A stretch of DNA of 64,000 nt from assembly GCA_003344405.1 (NCBI GenBank), contig NOWV01000252.1, positions 1-64,000 of the forward strand, written 5' to 3'. Positions within the stretch are counted from its first letter, which is position 1; each line of letters starts with the position of its first letter. This DNA comes from Trichoplax sp. H2 (lineage: Eukaryota). The notes beneath the pieces are model-generated. The model was not told where the DNA came from, made no database searches, and saw nothing but the letters and a program-made list of their open reading frames with translations. Shown here piece after piece: positions 40,003 through 55,183 of this stretch. The position numbers were made by a program, and so were the translations under genes.

Positions 40003-41360
40003 CGATGAGTCAAAATCCGTTGACAAAAGTTCATACCCTATCAATAGTAATGAAACTGCGCAATCGCAACGTTGCCTTACAGTACATCCTATACAGTACA
40101 ATATACAGAAAGTACTGTACTCTACAGTATGTACAGTACATTACCTGCTTGCGGGCATTTCATCATCCCGTGACTCGGTCGTTAATGTCTAGCGTCTAAA
40201 ATGAACTAAAGTATTTCCTGCGAAGTAGTTAGGGTTGGAATTGTCATAAAAGATTGCCGAATAGATGATTTACTAATATAAATAGATAATTAGTATAAAA
40301 TTGTAAAAAATCGAGAGAAAAGTAATTTCTTTACATTCAGTTCAATACTTGCTAGCATTTGATCATCCGTCACTGAATAATCTGAATGGATGGCTTCTTA
40401 AAATGAATGAAGATATTTCCTGTGATACAGTTACGGTGTGTAACAAATCGAAATTTGTAACGAGGATATAGTAAAAACTATTTTATGAGTGTTGTATCGG
40501 ATTTATCCTCCCTGACATTATCAAGTCCTACTCTAAGCACGGACGATCTCCTATCGTCAGAATGAACAGTAATCATAACCTCTACCTCTTTAGACGAAAT
40601 GAACCCAAACTTGACGGAAAAACTCAGTCAATTTAAACTAAATCGGCATAAACTTGAATTATTGGTACTTAAAGTAACAAAAGGTGTACTTGTTGTAGAT
40701 TCCAGTGTGAATTCTAATTATAGTGACAATTAAAACTCAAGACAGCTATCTTATTTCTAATTTTAGCTTTATATTAACGGTAATTATATATAATTAACAA
40801 TAGAGTGTGAGAATTATTATAATAATTGTATTATTCATAAAATGTTATTAAAATTGTATGTAGTACTAATATAAGGGTAATAGCTGCAGATGAAAAACAC
40901 CTTAATTATTGAAATTGTGCTGTTTTATAATAAAGAAGAATGCAAAAAAAATGGATTACACTTGAATTAATTTGCTCCAACAAGTGAAAGTTCATCGTAG
41001 AATACTCAGATCGAAAGGAATATCTTGACTACAAGCAATATAGATGTAATAATAAGCCGCAATAAACCACAAATGTTTACAGGTCTGCTGACTTGATTCT
41101 ACTTTTTACTGATTGGATAGTATAGGGTTATGTCCAAAATTTTATCTGCCAAGATATTTTCATCTAAGTATATATCATTGCATCAAATGAAAAATTAATT
41201 AATGGTCTTCTGACCATAATGCAAAAGTTTTTACTATTGCATTCTTTCACATTCAGGTAGACGTAGTGTATTAGGATTAAATACCATTGGGTTCGCATAG
41301 CTTGCCAAAAAGGATAACGTTGTAATTTTAAAATTAAAATTTTAATTTACCACATTAACA

Positions 41361-44300
41361 TTATACTAAAGTTTCAGTGAATCCGTTCAACTTAGATGCT
41401 GTTTCAACCATATTTTGATTTGAACTAGATGGCTTTATAATTTTATTTTCCGGCTCCTTTTCATCCGCTTCATGATCATCTTTGATGTTTTCCTTCTCTA
41501 TTCCAGCGTATTTTTTGATATCACGTTTTAAAAAATACCATGCTAATATCGAAAAAATTGCAGAAAATATCCTCATAGCTAATATAACACCAGCTAATCC
41601 ATATGCGAGTAACTGATTGTCGTATATCCAACAGAAAGCTCTCTCTCCGTTTTGAACTTCCCACAGAGAGCATGCACCATCGATGAAAGTTCCGAGTAAA
41701 ATTGGACCTGGAATATTCGCTAAACACTGGATAAATACCCATTGAACAGCGAGAGCTAATGGTCGCTGACTCTCCGGAACGCACCTATTTTGAAAGATAA
41801 AATTTTTAATTTTTTACTTCTTAGCGTGTTATATAAATTGTAAGGAATGAAAATGGACTTTCTATTAACCTCAAGATAACTTGATATGAAGGTATGAGAC
41901 TGCAATAAACCAAAAATGCAAATATTATTCCCATGATAATAAAAGGAATGAGAGCATTGCATTCTTTTGGACAATAATTCAAAACTACATCCAAAGACTG
42001 AGTATGATTTCTCATGGCATTCGTATTAGTGCTTAAACAGCTGCAATTACCAAATACCTGCGCAAATCCAAATTAAAAAAAATAGAGCTAGAGTTATGGA
42101 GAGATGGCAATCAGTAATGTAGAATTTATTTTGGCCTCTAATAAAAAGTCTTGAGACCTGTCGATGTCAAGTAAATGTCCTTTGATACGCAATGTTACCA
42201 TCAAGCTTCGATCATGCTGACATTTAGGATATAACAGGCTGTATTGATTAAATTTTACAATTACCTGCTGTCCGTTATTAAAATCTATTCCTTTAGAGGT
42301 ACATCCAGCATAACAAGGTGAAAAATACGTGATTCCAGTCGAGAGATCGCAAACAGGCTTGAAAGTTTCGGAATCACAATAACATCCAGAATTACAATTA
42401 TCTGATAAATTATGTGTCTGTGATACTGCAATTTCGCTGGTGAAACTGTAAAAAGCATAATTCGTAGTTAATGCATACGCATAAATTAAAACATAAGCGA
42501 ATAATTAAGAACAATTCTTTCCATAAAATGTATCTACTGATTATTTTATAAGATGCTTCCGACGACTGCATAGTACTGAATTAGAGCTTGAGCAAAATCA
42601 AATTCTAAATCAGACTATCATAACAAAAAAAGCATTCCCATTTCCGCATGAACATCTATTGAAATAAAAGTGTCTAATATGTTTTTGATAAATAATGACG
42701 AATTGTAACTAGCTGACAAAAAATAAGCTTAAGCGAAAGCTAGTTAAGTTTGCCAGTCCACTTTAACTGCTGCAAGTAGTAATTTCAGAATTTCAAGTCA
42801 GCAATATTATTTGCAGATGAATAAATTGGGCGACAAAGAAAAATTGAAAGCTTCTGTTGTCGAGACTTTTGGGGTTAAATCCTAAATTTTCGCAGTAATC
42901 GGGTAATGGCTTCCCCATCATGAGCAAATAGTTACACCAATTTGTTGTGATGTGTAATGTAATAACAGTAAATGTTAGACTAGCCGATCAGGACTGTTGT
43001 AATTATAAAATATAGTTGAAATCTGCTGTACTAGCCTATAACGCTACAATCTACTACTATGAAAGTGATATACTGCAGTAGAGATTAAAATATTAAAGTC
43101 TACGGTAGGGTAATTTTATTAGCTGAGCCTTGTTTGAACAATTAATAATTTAGACAAGTACCATAGTGTACCAATAGAAAGCTTCATTATTGTAAAAAGT
43201 AGCGCATAAAATAGCAATGACGAGTCTTGTACTCGGAGTAGTATACGGCCTATATGGTAACGTACTGGAGATCAACCTGTTTATAGCTCGAAACATTGTG
43301 ATGGTAACTAACTTATAAATAGATTCAATGCTTTAACGAGAATATTTCTTAATCGAATATAACGTACTTAGTCTACTTCATGTTAGCCATTAGATGTATT
43401 AAGTCCGTAATTATAGCTGTTTAATCTAGAAATTGTACTTAAAACTATTAACGGCTAGACTGATTTATGTGATGGTTGTTGGTACTCATTACCTATATTT
43501 TGTTGCTACCGTACAAATTATATAAAGACAACATGTTGTGTACTAATATTAGTTCGTAAGTCTAGTACTTGCTAACTAGTCAAAGGTGCTCAAATTATTG
43601 TGATTAGGTAGGATTAAGGATAACTACTTTCAAAAGTTTCTTAATCAGGGTAGTTATACGCGAACTAAGGACAAGTTTAGTGGATTTGGCCTTTTCGTTA
43701 TCTTATCGTAAAACAAGTTTGAAACAGGCGTACACTGGCTAAAACTTTTGTTTACATAGAATTGTTTCGCTAAATTTAAAAATTATTCAAAGGTAACATT
43801 CACTGATATCGTTATTGGCGCTACACGGACCAAACTCGGACATAAGTAAATCTATCGCCAGTAAAAAAAACGCATAAACACTAGGAAACACTTGAACAGT
43901 TTTTATAGAGTATATCTAGATAGATTGACAAAGTTTTAATGCATGATGTGGCTGATATATATCTGATCTATTCGTTGTTAAGCCCGCTGAAAACAGACTC
44001 AGTACATAATCAGATTGATAGCCTGATAATAAATCGATCTATCAAGTCGTATCAATTTGTCACATTTTCTTTAATGATGTCATTATATTGCATGGTTTGG
44101 TGTCTATATTGATTACTAAATGATCTGAATAGGCGTAGACTGCCAGCTGAGTGACAATCATATAATACAGTGTTCGAATTGTTTTGTGAAAGTACGGTGT
44201 GACAGGGAATATGATGAAAATTAACGTTTGATAATTGATTCAGACTAATAGAATTTTTGCAATGGCTGAAGCAATTAAATCTAATTATCTTGGCATTCTA

Positions 44301-46095
44301 CTATTTATGCTTAATTAAGAATTGTATCGCAATAGCATTAAATATTGAAAGGCGCTGATACATACTTATGATATGGAATATTGACTCCAGCTATCAAAGT
44401 TCTCGGACATATTGCAATAAGAAACGCTGCTACCGTAACTGTACTTAATGTAGTAGAAATGGCTGCAAACTTGGCCAAGCCTAAAACTTTCAATTTCTTG
44501 TACTTCATGTATCCTCCTCCCTAAGCATTGAATAATTTAAGTTACAACACAAGTTTCAATTACAGCATCCAGGGCAACTTATAAGTTGACTGAAAAGTTT
44601 TAAAATGAAATATTAAGATACCAACTACCGTATCTAACTTATGGATTCTTAAGCCATAATAAACACTTATTTATGAAGATGTAGAGTTATACACTACACA
44701 CTATCAGTATATTCCCTAGCACATAACGGCTGTAACTAGGTGAAATAGTTGCGCTGCAGTTACTAGCATAAGACATTATCGCAATGAAAATGTAATACTA
44801 ATTGTACAACTAGTTGAAATTAAATCTTACCAAAACAATACCAACTAGCATTCCTACAACAATCATTATTCCAGTATACATGCTGGCAGATGAAGCTAGT
44901 ACTCCATACTGAGATTCTATATACTTAGGAAAAAAGACTCCAACGCCCGCTAGCACAATCAAGTTGCCCACCAAATTTAAGACAGTGCACATAAAGGGCA
45001 TGTTAAGCAATAAATCCTTCAAGGATGGGATTAAATCTTTTAAAGTTTTACTTTTATAACGATCAATTTTTGATTTGCCTTCGGCTTGCTGCGCACGTTT
45101 CATTTTATAATACTCATAATTCGGTAAATGGCGTGGCAGAGCTAAAATTGGGAAAGCCATCAAGATTATGATCGCTGCTATTACAATATAACCTAACCAC
45201 CAAGCACCAATCCAATTTGGATTATCTATTGTTAGGCTTGGATCTAAAGATATAGGACATAATATTAGTAAGAAATGTGAGGTTTGCGCCAAACTTTTAC
45301 ACACTTTGGCCAATAAACATGCTACTGACACTTACCAGAAACTTCAGCAGGCCAATACACGTATAAATCTAATGCAGTGCCACCAAATACAAAACCTAAT
45401 GCAATTCCAAGACCTAGTAACGACAAGTTAATGCCAGTATATAAAGCAGATACCGAGGGACTAACGTTTTCATCTAAGTATGACCAGCCGATTGATCTTA
45501 AAATAGATGTACCAGCGCCAATAACAAATTGGCCAAGACAAAAAAGAAATATGTAAAGACCCTTTTGCGATGCCTGTTCCTGATCAGTAAGTGGAGACGG
45601 TTTGCTAGTCGAAGAGCAAATTCCATAACTTTGGTTACCATTTTGGTAAGAACTCAGTATACCGTAAGATTTTGTTACAAAATGTGGTAATGCGTATATA
45701 AAGCATCCGATTGCAGCAATAATTGCAGTTATGCCTACCCATCTTCCCTTATGAGAATTAGCTGCTTTATGCGATAAAATAACGCCTAAAGTAGATTGTG
45801 CAACACTAAAACACACAGATATGCCACCAATGTCAGTACTACTTAGTCCAAATCCTCTCTGTAAAGTTGATACGATGCTAGATTCGTAACCTGATGTGAC
45901 TGTACTAAATAAAAGTTGACAAACGCCTATCAAAAATGCTAGCCACTTGCGATTATTAAAAACCTGTAACCAATCCGGGTGAATATTAAAGCATCCGTAA
46001 CGTTCTTTCGTTCCCAACTCGGTGTTGTCAGTATCTTTGGTACTATCAATTGCTCTTAATTTAGGCGATTTCGAAGATGATTTCTTCTTCTCCAT
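41361..46095 (-). CDS. Second OATP/SLCO paralog, 6 exons, ~706 aa
   Basis: Exons 46095-45336, 45243-44831, 44520-44366, 42445-42265, 42057-41870, 41784-41361. Exons 1-5 have the same sizes as the neighbour (760/413/155/181/188). Motifs: NWIGAWWLG, FPKYIESQY, CNSGCYC..FKPVC..TYFSPCYAGC, PGPILLGTFIDGACSLW. Confidence 0.92.
43280..43726 (-). mobile_element. Old degenerate family A/B-like LTR remnant in the long OATP intron
   Basis: TTATAGCTCGAAACATTGTGATGGTAACT and TTAGCCATTAGAT match 31100-31215. The end CGTTATCTTATCGTAAAACAAGTTTGAAACA resembles the family terminus. Left boundary uncertain. Confidence 0.4.
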
Positions 46096-49094
46096 CTTCG
46101 TGATCGGTAACACGAATCAACAAGTAGTGCGAAATATCAACTGAACAAAGTAATATAGAGACCAAAATTCATTATCATTATAAAGCAACAATAATAGCAA
46201 AATCTTATAAATACGTCAATCCATCCAAATTTGAATACACTATCCAGCGGAGAGGAATAAATTATTTAATTATTATTTAGCGAACAATGAAGCTAGCGAT
46301 TTGGATTGTTAACACAGAATATAATTGGAGTTTCTGTCAGCAACAAGAAAATGACCTTTGCTTTGTAAAGTACTTTAACTCTTTTCTGACGACCATATAA
46401 TCTTACGAAATAAGAAGACGTCATAAGCTATGTAAATAAAACTAAATAAGCTTTAATTTGAATAGTATATTAAAATAAAATTAATGGAGTTAATATGATT
46501 TTAACTAGATGGTGGTGACTAATATATAATACTATTTACATTAACAAGAAACCTGATTCCAACATCGTAAATTTCGATTCTAATTCTGCATGAGCATGCC
46601 TGTAATATGCCTAGATTGATAACAAAGATCCCATTCAATTTTCAATCCTGTGTCTAATCTATTAAAACTGGTCATCCAATGAAAAGAAATGCCCTATCTG
46701 CATTAATCCACGCCTTTAATACAGGTATGCTTTGGATGGGTATAGTCTAGGCTGATACACCGGTACTTTATATAAATTTCATTATCTCATTGTCACAGCT
46801 GCAGTCGTAGCTCACACAATTTTGCTTTTTTATTGCATACTTAGTCCAATATTGAGGACTACCAAGTGTCTATAATCCCTATAATCTAGAGAAACTACCT
46901 TATGAAGCAAATCATAAAAGCTATTCTACGTTTTAAGTAAAAATCTTGGCTAAAAAAAGGGCTTCTACTACGGCTTCCTTAATTTAACCTAAAGCCAGTT
47001 AGCGGGCTACTGCATGTAACCCTATCACGATCTCACAGATAAATTTCTTATCGCAGCTATTACAATGTCACCAAAACTCTATTATATTCATCGCACTCAC
47101 AAATCCTATTACTATTTACACGAATACATGAACTTAAGAAGAGGTGAGAAAACAAGCTAAAAGGAGTCATTTAATGAGGGTGACAATTGAGCGAAATTTT
47201 TCAAACACATTATAAATTTAACCCAATTAAATACTGCCTATATATTGAAAAAGCAGAAAAAATTAATACGGTTCAGTATGAGAGCTTTATTAGTGATCAA
47301 TCTTTTCTAAAAGTTGTTTTATCTACGCACTAGGTAAGCTACCGTCATTTTATTATAGCTAACGAAATTCCTTAAACGTCTAACTTATTAGTAAAAGAGA
47401 CGTAATTATTAAGACATTCAGCTGTACTACCAAAATTAAACCAAGAATGGGGATGCTACAAATCTCCTTTGTAATAAGAAACCGGGTCTTAAACACCATC
47501 TTCACTGGTACTCATGTTCCCAGCTAACTTAGGGACCTATCGTAGTTGAACTAACTCTCAGCTACACAAATAAGCTACTAAGGAGTAATAGGTTTAAATA
47601 CTTCACTTTATTTTCGTTAAACTTAGTCGTAAAATGTACTAAAGAAAAACGTAAGAATATTCTTAGCAATAATAGTCAAAGATCCTGCAAGTGACCAACT
47701 GGAACTGAGCAGCTAAGCTAGTGCTCGGCTTTTTATAGTCTCGGCCAACGCCGATGGTACACTTGTGAATATTCTTGACATAGTGACTTACACAGTACAG
47801 TATACATATCCTAGTGTAGCAACTAGAGCCTCAAGGTTCTGTAAAGTAATTGACCTTACACTTAATGTGTTATTAATTAACGTTTACTGACTAAGCGTGT
47901 TAGCTCCGACACGTCAACAATATTGAACTTTCTGATACCTTGGCAATAACAAGTACTTATTAATAAACATTAATATCTAATAAGCTATAGAAGCAAACAA
48001 TAATTTAAATCAGATATTTTAATTAACATAGCAATTAATATTTCGGAGCATGGCTCCATAACAGGGGAAAAAATTACATATATAATAGTAGCACAATAAT
48101 TTCTGCAATTTATCATATACTTATGGCTGTATTGCACGGGTTGCTAGCCCTAGGTTCGTAATCCGTCACCTCAAAATTCTAAGTTGTTAAAATCGAGAAA
48201 ATCCCTAAGGCGACACAAAATAGTCAACACCGTATTATTGACTTCTAACAGTTAAGTTTTTTTAACGTCCGTGTGTCTTACGTTAGCGAAGAATTCCAAT
48301 TTCATCGCCTCATAATAGCAGTCGAAATGGCTAAGATAAACCGGATAATCGACTTAGCCTCCACGATACTATACAATTTTACAAATTATCATCAATTGCT
48401 CCTCTACATAAGAGTCATCAATCACATTAGTGCAGTGCTGAATAACAGTACCTAATATGGCTATCAGCTACGGCATTATATAGTTCTTTTATTTATAGAT
48501 AATTTCATCGGATGTTCGTGTATTTAAACAATTGGTTTTTCTTTTATGAGAGTCTTTTCTGCTATATTTTAGAAAGAGCCCATTATGAAATATTTGCTGC
48601 AAAACGTAAAAATAGTCTATAAAATTTTTTATTAAATGCGGTACTACCTTAACTATGAGCTTCCTGGCGTTAACCGTTAATCGGTGAAATAAGAACGACA
48701 TTAAGATACTTGACTTTTATCCGAACAATTTACGGAAACATAGATTCTATAGCTTTAATTAAAAATAAAATCTTCATCTATAACACCTTTAAAGTTCCAT
48801 GCATAAATTCAGTATCAAATTCGATTAGTAGATTCTCCAATATTTTAAACTGTGGCACATACATAGTAATCATATAAAATAGTTCGTAAAATTTATCTAA
48901 TAATAATTCCTCTTATCGTATTAAACAATTGCACGAGATGCTAATGGTACTCGGTACAGGTTTAATTTAGAAATCCACGACATGAGAATAAAGTCGACTG
49001 TTTTTGCCTTAAACTATCTCTCGTAGTATACCACATATTGGATCTCAATCCGATGCATTTATTTTACAATTTCATTGTATTCCTGTAATTTTAA

Positions 49095-50042
49095 TTATGA
49101 AACTAATGATAAGGGATCATAGTAGCACTTTTTAAACCGATTAATGAATTCCCTTTTAATATCTAAATTAAAAGCGATGGAAAATATAGGATGCAATATA
49201 ATATATATCATCGATACTACCCGAGCTATCATTACCGGTAAGACTAGAGTAGAATTCCGAGTTGAAATTAAATAAATATATAAAACAACAAATGGAAAGA
49301 ACGCAATGAATGACACACCTAGAATAGCTCCCATTTGACATATAGATTTTCTACGATTTAATACACGGTAATTAATTGGATTTCCTTGACTACTGGATAT
49401 AGAAGATGGCCACAACTTTAGTGAAAATAAACCTGTTTTACAAATAACTGCTATATGGATCAAAATAGCTAAAATTGGTGGAAAGATGAGCATTAATGGT
49501 AATATGCAAACATTGTAAAGGACATTTTTATAAAATTCTATAGACCAAGAAATGCAGTCTTTCCCGGTCACAGAAAGATCAATTATCAACGGTAAATAAG
49601 TAACGCAAACGGGAATAGACCAAATTATCGTTAAAACTACGATCATGTTTCTCTTTATAACGAATCTTTGGTATTTAAATGGATGAGTAACGGCATAGTA
49701 TCGCTCAGTACTTATAGCAGCTACATGTATATTTATAGCACCCATCAAACATATCTCGGAGGGTTTTCCAAAAATGCAAGTAACCAAGTATCGGCGAAGT
49801 GGCTCAACAGTAAATGTAGATATTAATTCAGTTGAAATCAATAACAAAGATAGCACAGTAGTAGCTATACAACTACTATATATAATAGCCTTAGAGGATT
49901 CTCTTAAAGATGCCGTAGTCATAAACAGATAAAGTAGTAATGCATTTGGAATGAGCGATAGGCTTGCCACGATCGTTGATCCTTGAGAGATTGAAATAGG
50001 CAGCGTAATATTGTAGATATGTAGAATAAAATACTGATCCAT
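49095..50042 (-). CDS. Intronless divergent rhodopsin-class GPCR, 315 aa
   Basis: Seven hydrophobic segments, TM1 PN, ISTERYYAVTHPFKY, WxxP in TM4, FFPF in TM6, HPIFS in TM7, helix 8 DIKREF. Confidence 0.9.
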   Translation of the reverse strand: MDQYFILHIYNITLPISISQGSTIVASLSLIPNALLLYLFMTTASLRESSKAIIYSSCIATTVLSLLLISTELISTFTVEPLRRYLVTCIFGKPSEICLMGAINIHVAAISTERYYAVTHPFKYQRFVIKRNMIVVLTIIWSIPVCVTYLPLIIDLSVTGKDCISWSIEFYKNVLYNVCILPLMLIFPPILAILIHIAVICKTGLFSLKLWPSSISSSQGNPINYRVLNRRKSICQMGAILGVSFIAFFPFVVLYIYLISTRNSTLVLPVMIARVVSMIYIILHPIFSIAFNLDIKREFINRFKKCYYDPLSLVS

Positions 50043-53000
50043 AGTCTATTGAACTTATAAGCAGTTAAGATATGAACGAGATCTTCTTCAAATCAATTAC
50101 TTTTAGTATATTACCGAAGATTTTACTTGATGATTATCGAAATAATCTAAAAAGCGACGTAAAGAAGCTTGAGTCATCTAATATATATCGAAATTTATCT
50201 ACATGAAATATCTATGAAATGATTCTTTTAAGGGCCAGCTGATGTACATGCATTGCTTTTAAATAACTACAATCGGTAACCAAAAATTCCAAAAGGAGGA
50301 TGGAGTATATTACATCTCGAGTTATCGCTATAGCTTCTGCTAACCAACAGCAAATCTAAATTCGAATTGTGAAATTAACATATATAAATTTTTTACTAGA
50401 GTTAAATAAGTAGTAAATAAAATTACTCAGAAATTACAAATTAACACAAACTTAAAGGCTCTAAGCAGTCATCATTCTATTATAACAGTGATATTAAGTA
50501 TCGTAAATGAAAATCATTCGAAACATATGAGTAATCATTATGCAGACTAAAGCCATTAGTAAAGCTTATCAATAAAATGATAAATACTTTACATCGATAC
50601 CGGTATTGTAAAAAATATGGAATGAACAGTATACAGTACGTGCGACTTAATCCCAAATAATTTCTATGTTTTATTAAAGATAACTGTCACAACAGTAAAA
50701 GTTAAGATTATCACAACTCAAATAATGAAATCATTTTCTAGCTTGTGCATTTTAAAATTTCAGCAAACTTTTAGACTAAAGTAATCGATTAATTATCTAT
50801 AATATGATCGATGACCACCTAAAAAATAATGGAAATTTATTTTTCTTGATCGCGATACCACTTTACCAACAGTACTTGAATTTAAAGAATAAAAAAAACT
50901 AAAATTTAGTAAAAGTTATTGTTGATCTTGGATTATAAATCTTATAACGTAAAAATTTGGAGGCATTTTCGATGAGTTTACGTTAAATTTAATTTTTGTT
51001 TACATTTAATTGCTGCACAAAATATTCTAATGTGACATTTGGTTTTGATAAGACTATGAGACTTTACTTAAAGCAGGAGAAGCAGTTTCAAATTAACAAA
51101 AAAGAATTACTATAGACTCAAAGATTGTTTAATTTTGAGTTTGACCTTAAGTTTACCTTTAATATTTATCATGTTATTTACTCCGAGGTGGAAATCTAAA
51201 CGACAACTTCGGCAATCTGTGGTACAATTTTAAACCTGTTTCATTTTAATATAGTAATGAGATCTTCTTCCATACTTCAATTAATTATATCAAACTAGAC
51301 AGCTGCACCAAAATACAGTGGAAAAAGACACGGAAATCATCACCAATAGGAAAAAATAATCTTATTTTATAATAAGCAGCAGTGAATCTATCTAAACCTG
51401 AAAGCTAACGTTGAACGTCATTTCAATTAAATAGATATCTACAGTAGCAGATTTCTTTTATAAGCGAATTTGTATCGTAATAAAAGTGATACTATTTGAA
51501 TGATGTACTCTTCTATAGTCTAAAATGACACCTAATATTGATGCAAATTAATGCAATAATAATCGAAAAATTTTTTGACCAGCTAGTGCTTTAGCCATCA
51601 TTTCAAAGAGGTAAATGTTGCAATCAATATATATTTCGTCTAATTATAGTTATCCCTCCTTAAATCTGGTTGCTTTTATGTAAATTAAGAGATGATTTTA
51701 GAATTTACACGACGTCAAAGTTATCTAAGATCAGCATGTTATAAGATTCACAAATTTAGTAAAAGCTTTAGAAAAATCATACCAATCAAGAGTTGAATAA
51801 CGAAATCGCCTTGCAATACTCTATTTCCTAATTTGAATTAATCAACACTTACAGTAAATAATTTGGTTTAAGGCAGTTAATTAAATGAGTATTATTGCAC
51901 AGGCAGTTCGATCGAAGCAGTAAAAATATCATTTACATTAAAGGATACTATCGGTTTGCCAGCGTAAGATCAAACAATTTTAACGCTAGGTTGAGGTATT
52001 CATAAAATAATTCGCTAAATATTCTAATCGTAAACAGACTTAGTGTGAACAGCCATGAGCATAATAATAAATCAGAAGACATACCTAGTACAAGGACATA
52101 CGGAGCAAATGCTGAACTAATTTTGAAATAGATTCCTTAAAATCTAAAATCAATTTGGTGGTAATTTTGTAGGCTTCAATGGATGACAAGGTATCATCAG
52201 TAAAGAAACCCAAAAGCATTTTATTTAATAATATTGATTGAAAGTGATTTTTTAACTATCTCATGGTGGATCTTAATTGTTTCTACTGTAACAAATCTAT
52301 TGTTTCAGAATTTTCCTTATCAATTCATCTATGTGTTTTGTCTTAGTTTTATCTTTTTCGTCTAAATAATAGAACATTATAAGCTTTGCAGATGTATAAT
52401 AGAATAATATTAAATTTTTTCAATTCACTTCATAACCCGTTATCTACACTTTTCAAGCATGCTATTAACTCTAATTATGAGGATGCATATTCCATTAAGA
52501 TAGGTTTTGACTAGGATTATTTACAGATGACAGATTTTGCTCAGCCTAATAAAGCTTTCTGAAGAAAAATTACCCTCAAATTGGAGTAAATTCATGACAG
52601 TATAGCGGTTTAAAATCATCCTATGAGTACTATAACTGTTACAGCGTACAATATTCTAGAATTGGCACTTTACTTTCACCCTTCACAGTTCTTTAATTAA
52701 CAAAGTTCGAAAGCTTAATCGGCATTCTAAGTATCATGATCCTTTATTGTACTTTGCTCGGTATTTGGAGGACAATTATCTTATTCAAGTCTACAATAGA
52801 TAAATTCCGTGTTACTCTTTAATTTAACTTCCCAATAAGACCTTGTCAGATTAAAAGTGCAACTTGAACTACAGTTAAACTGACTTTAATTTTAATAGAT
52901 CTCTTAGTATAGAAGTTGCGATGAACTGCAACCACTTCTCTAATCGAACAGACTCATACTTACAACTCTAAAAAATTTTAAGGTAAATTCAACTCCAATT

Positions 53001-55183
53001 AATTGCTGGCATATTTAACTATCTGTATTATATTAAATTATAGCAACTAGAGACTGATAAATTTACCGTAAGTTATTTAGCAGGCGCCATAGAGTGAAAA
53101 AACTGTTATATAGAATAATACGAACGGTCTTGTAATATCTTATTTGAAATTACGATTTCGTATGGTATTTTTCGTACTTAATTAAATTAATTAATTTAGA
53201 AGTAATACAGAAATATCATTTTTATAGTAATGAAAAAGCATCAGTAATTTATTCTATATTTCCATTAGTATATGGTTTTAATCATTTTACCTATAAGTAC
53301 AAGACCGAATACCTGGAGAAACAATTTCTTTCTTCGCTACTTTTTAATGTAACCGAAGTTATACTAATTCTCCTAAAGAAATTCAATTGAAGCCAGATAT
53401 TGTGATTAACCTAATTCTTTCTCCTATATATAAGCTTTCATATATTGAGCTTTTTTAATATTGTAATATTTTAGCTTAATAATCTTTTTTCTAGTAATTT
53501 TTTAACAGGCAAAGTTTTAAGTAAACTAGCTGGAATACATGAACCTAAATGCTCATCTCTTGTAACATTAATTAACAATTTTAACTGTTCTATTTTCTCT
53601 ATTATGTAGCGATTGCATTCTAATGCAAGTGAATTCAGCCTATCTACACTAAATGTTAAATAAATATTTTACATAAAGGCTAATAAATTTCGCTAGTTTT
53701 TGATTCGATACCTTCCCTGTAATAGAAATGATAAGAATCCTTTTCGGTAGCTTGATTATGTTCGCTATATTTTTTTATATAAATCACAGCTATGCAATCA
53801 AACTTTCTTCGTGATTCAGTATTACCCTAGACATCGTAGCGAAGCAGTTTATCTTTTAGTAGAAACTTCCAGGAACTCTTAGAATGAGACTGCAGAATGC
53901 CAAATTTTACTCCAAACAATAAATTCATTCTATGCTTATTATATATTTGCAACTTTAAGAAATAATGTTCAATTTTAGATTTCACGAAAAGTGGCAGCAT
54001 ATCCAGCAATTTCATTGAAAATCAGCAAGGGAATCATCTTTTGAACTATTTAACAAAACTGCAAGTCACTCTTTACGAGCTCAATCCTTCCTAAACATAA
54101 GATGAATCTGACCACTTCAATCGAAATACAGCATTAATTCACTAATGAATACGATCATTGTGACGAAGGCCTTTATTCTCTTTGAGATTTACAACAGTAT
54201 AATTTAGATCAATTCTTGAATTATCTGCAAATAGTTTTACACATTAGATTTCGTCAAATTTTAGAAGTTTCTTTTAATTATCAATAGCTTTATTATATAA
54301 TAAATGACGGTAATCAAATTTTTAGGGAAGTTCACTTAAAGAACCGGTCTAAAACTGACCAACTCAACATAAAGCTACGTCTATAATAATATCTGAAATA
54401 TTGTTGATTTCCACTTCTGTATATCCTTTAAGCGTCATACTAGACTGTCGGTGAGGGTATTCTCTTCCATATTATCCGTACAATCTGTCAATCACCCGTA
54501 ATCTTGCTTTAGATCATAACACCAGCCAATATCGAATGCATGTTCATAAAACTTAACACATTTGATAACTGCTAATCTAAATGGGAACTTCTGATCACAA
54601 ATATCTTCTTGGCCATTACAAAATTTATGCTATTATATCACTTACTTTTTTTAGTTTAGTTACAGAAGCTATATACATGTATATCGAATTTGATCCATTT
54701 AAAAGATCGATCAGCAATTGACAATAAGCAATGTCTTTCTTTTGTCATATAAATGTGCGGGCTTACACAACACTTCCGATCCAAAGGGTCATAAAAGGAA
54801 CTATACTTTACTCATTTATAATATGTTAGACAAGCGTATTTACGATAAGCGCAATATATTATTTCTATCTACTTAATCGTTAAAATTAAAAGATAATATT
54901 TTATTCTTACTTATGCTAAATATATAAATTTTGTATCGCATTTAGCATCATTGTACACTGTTAAAGGGATAATTTATAGGAAGGACAAATACGGGTGATA
55001 AGTTTCTCGAATAAATTATGCTGCCAACAATGTCATATCTAGCGATAATGACTAGTTCAATTAAAATAATAATGTTCAACATATCATGTACTATATGAGC
55101 TTACGAGCTCAAACTCCAACAGAAAACAGTTATAGTAGATTAGAACTAGATGAGCATATTTCTCATATTTTTTTCGTTCAGCA

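Noticed and set aside
39898..40199. Three overlapping short ORFs
   Set aside because: They arise from TACAG-rich low-complexity repeat sequence.
54360..54630. Cys-containing minus-strand frame (HKFCNGQEDICDQKF...) with faint LDLa resemblance
   Set aside because: Internal stop, wrong Cys/acid spacing and no supporting exons.
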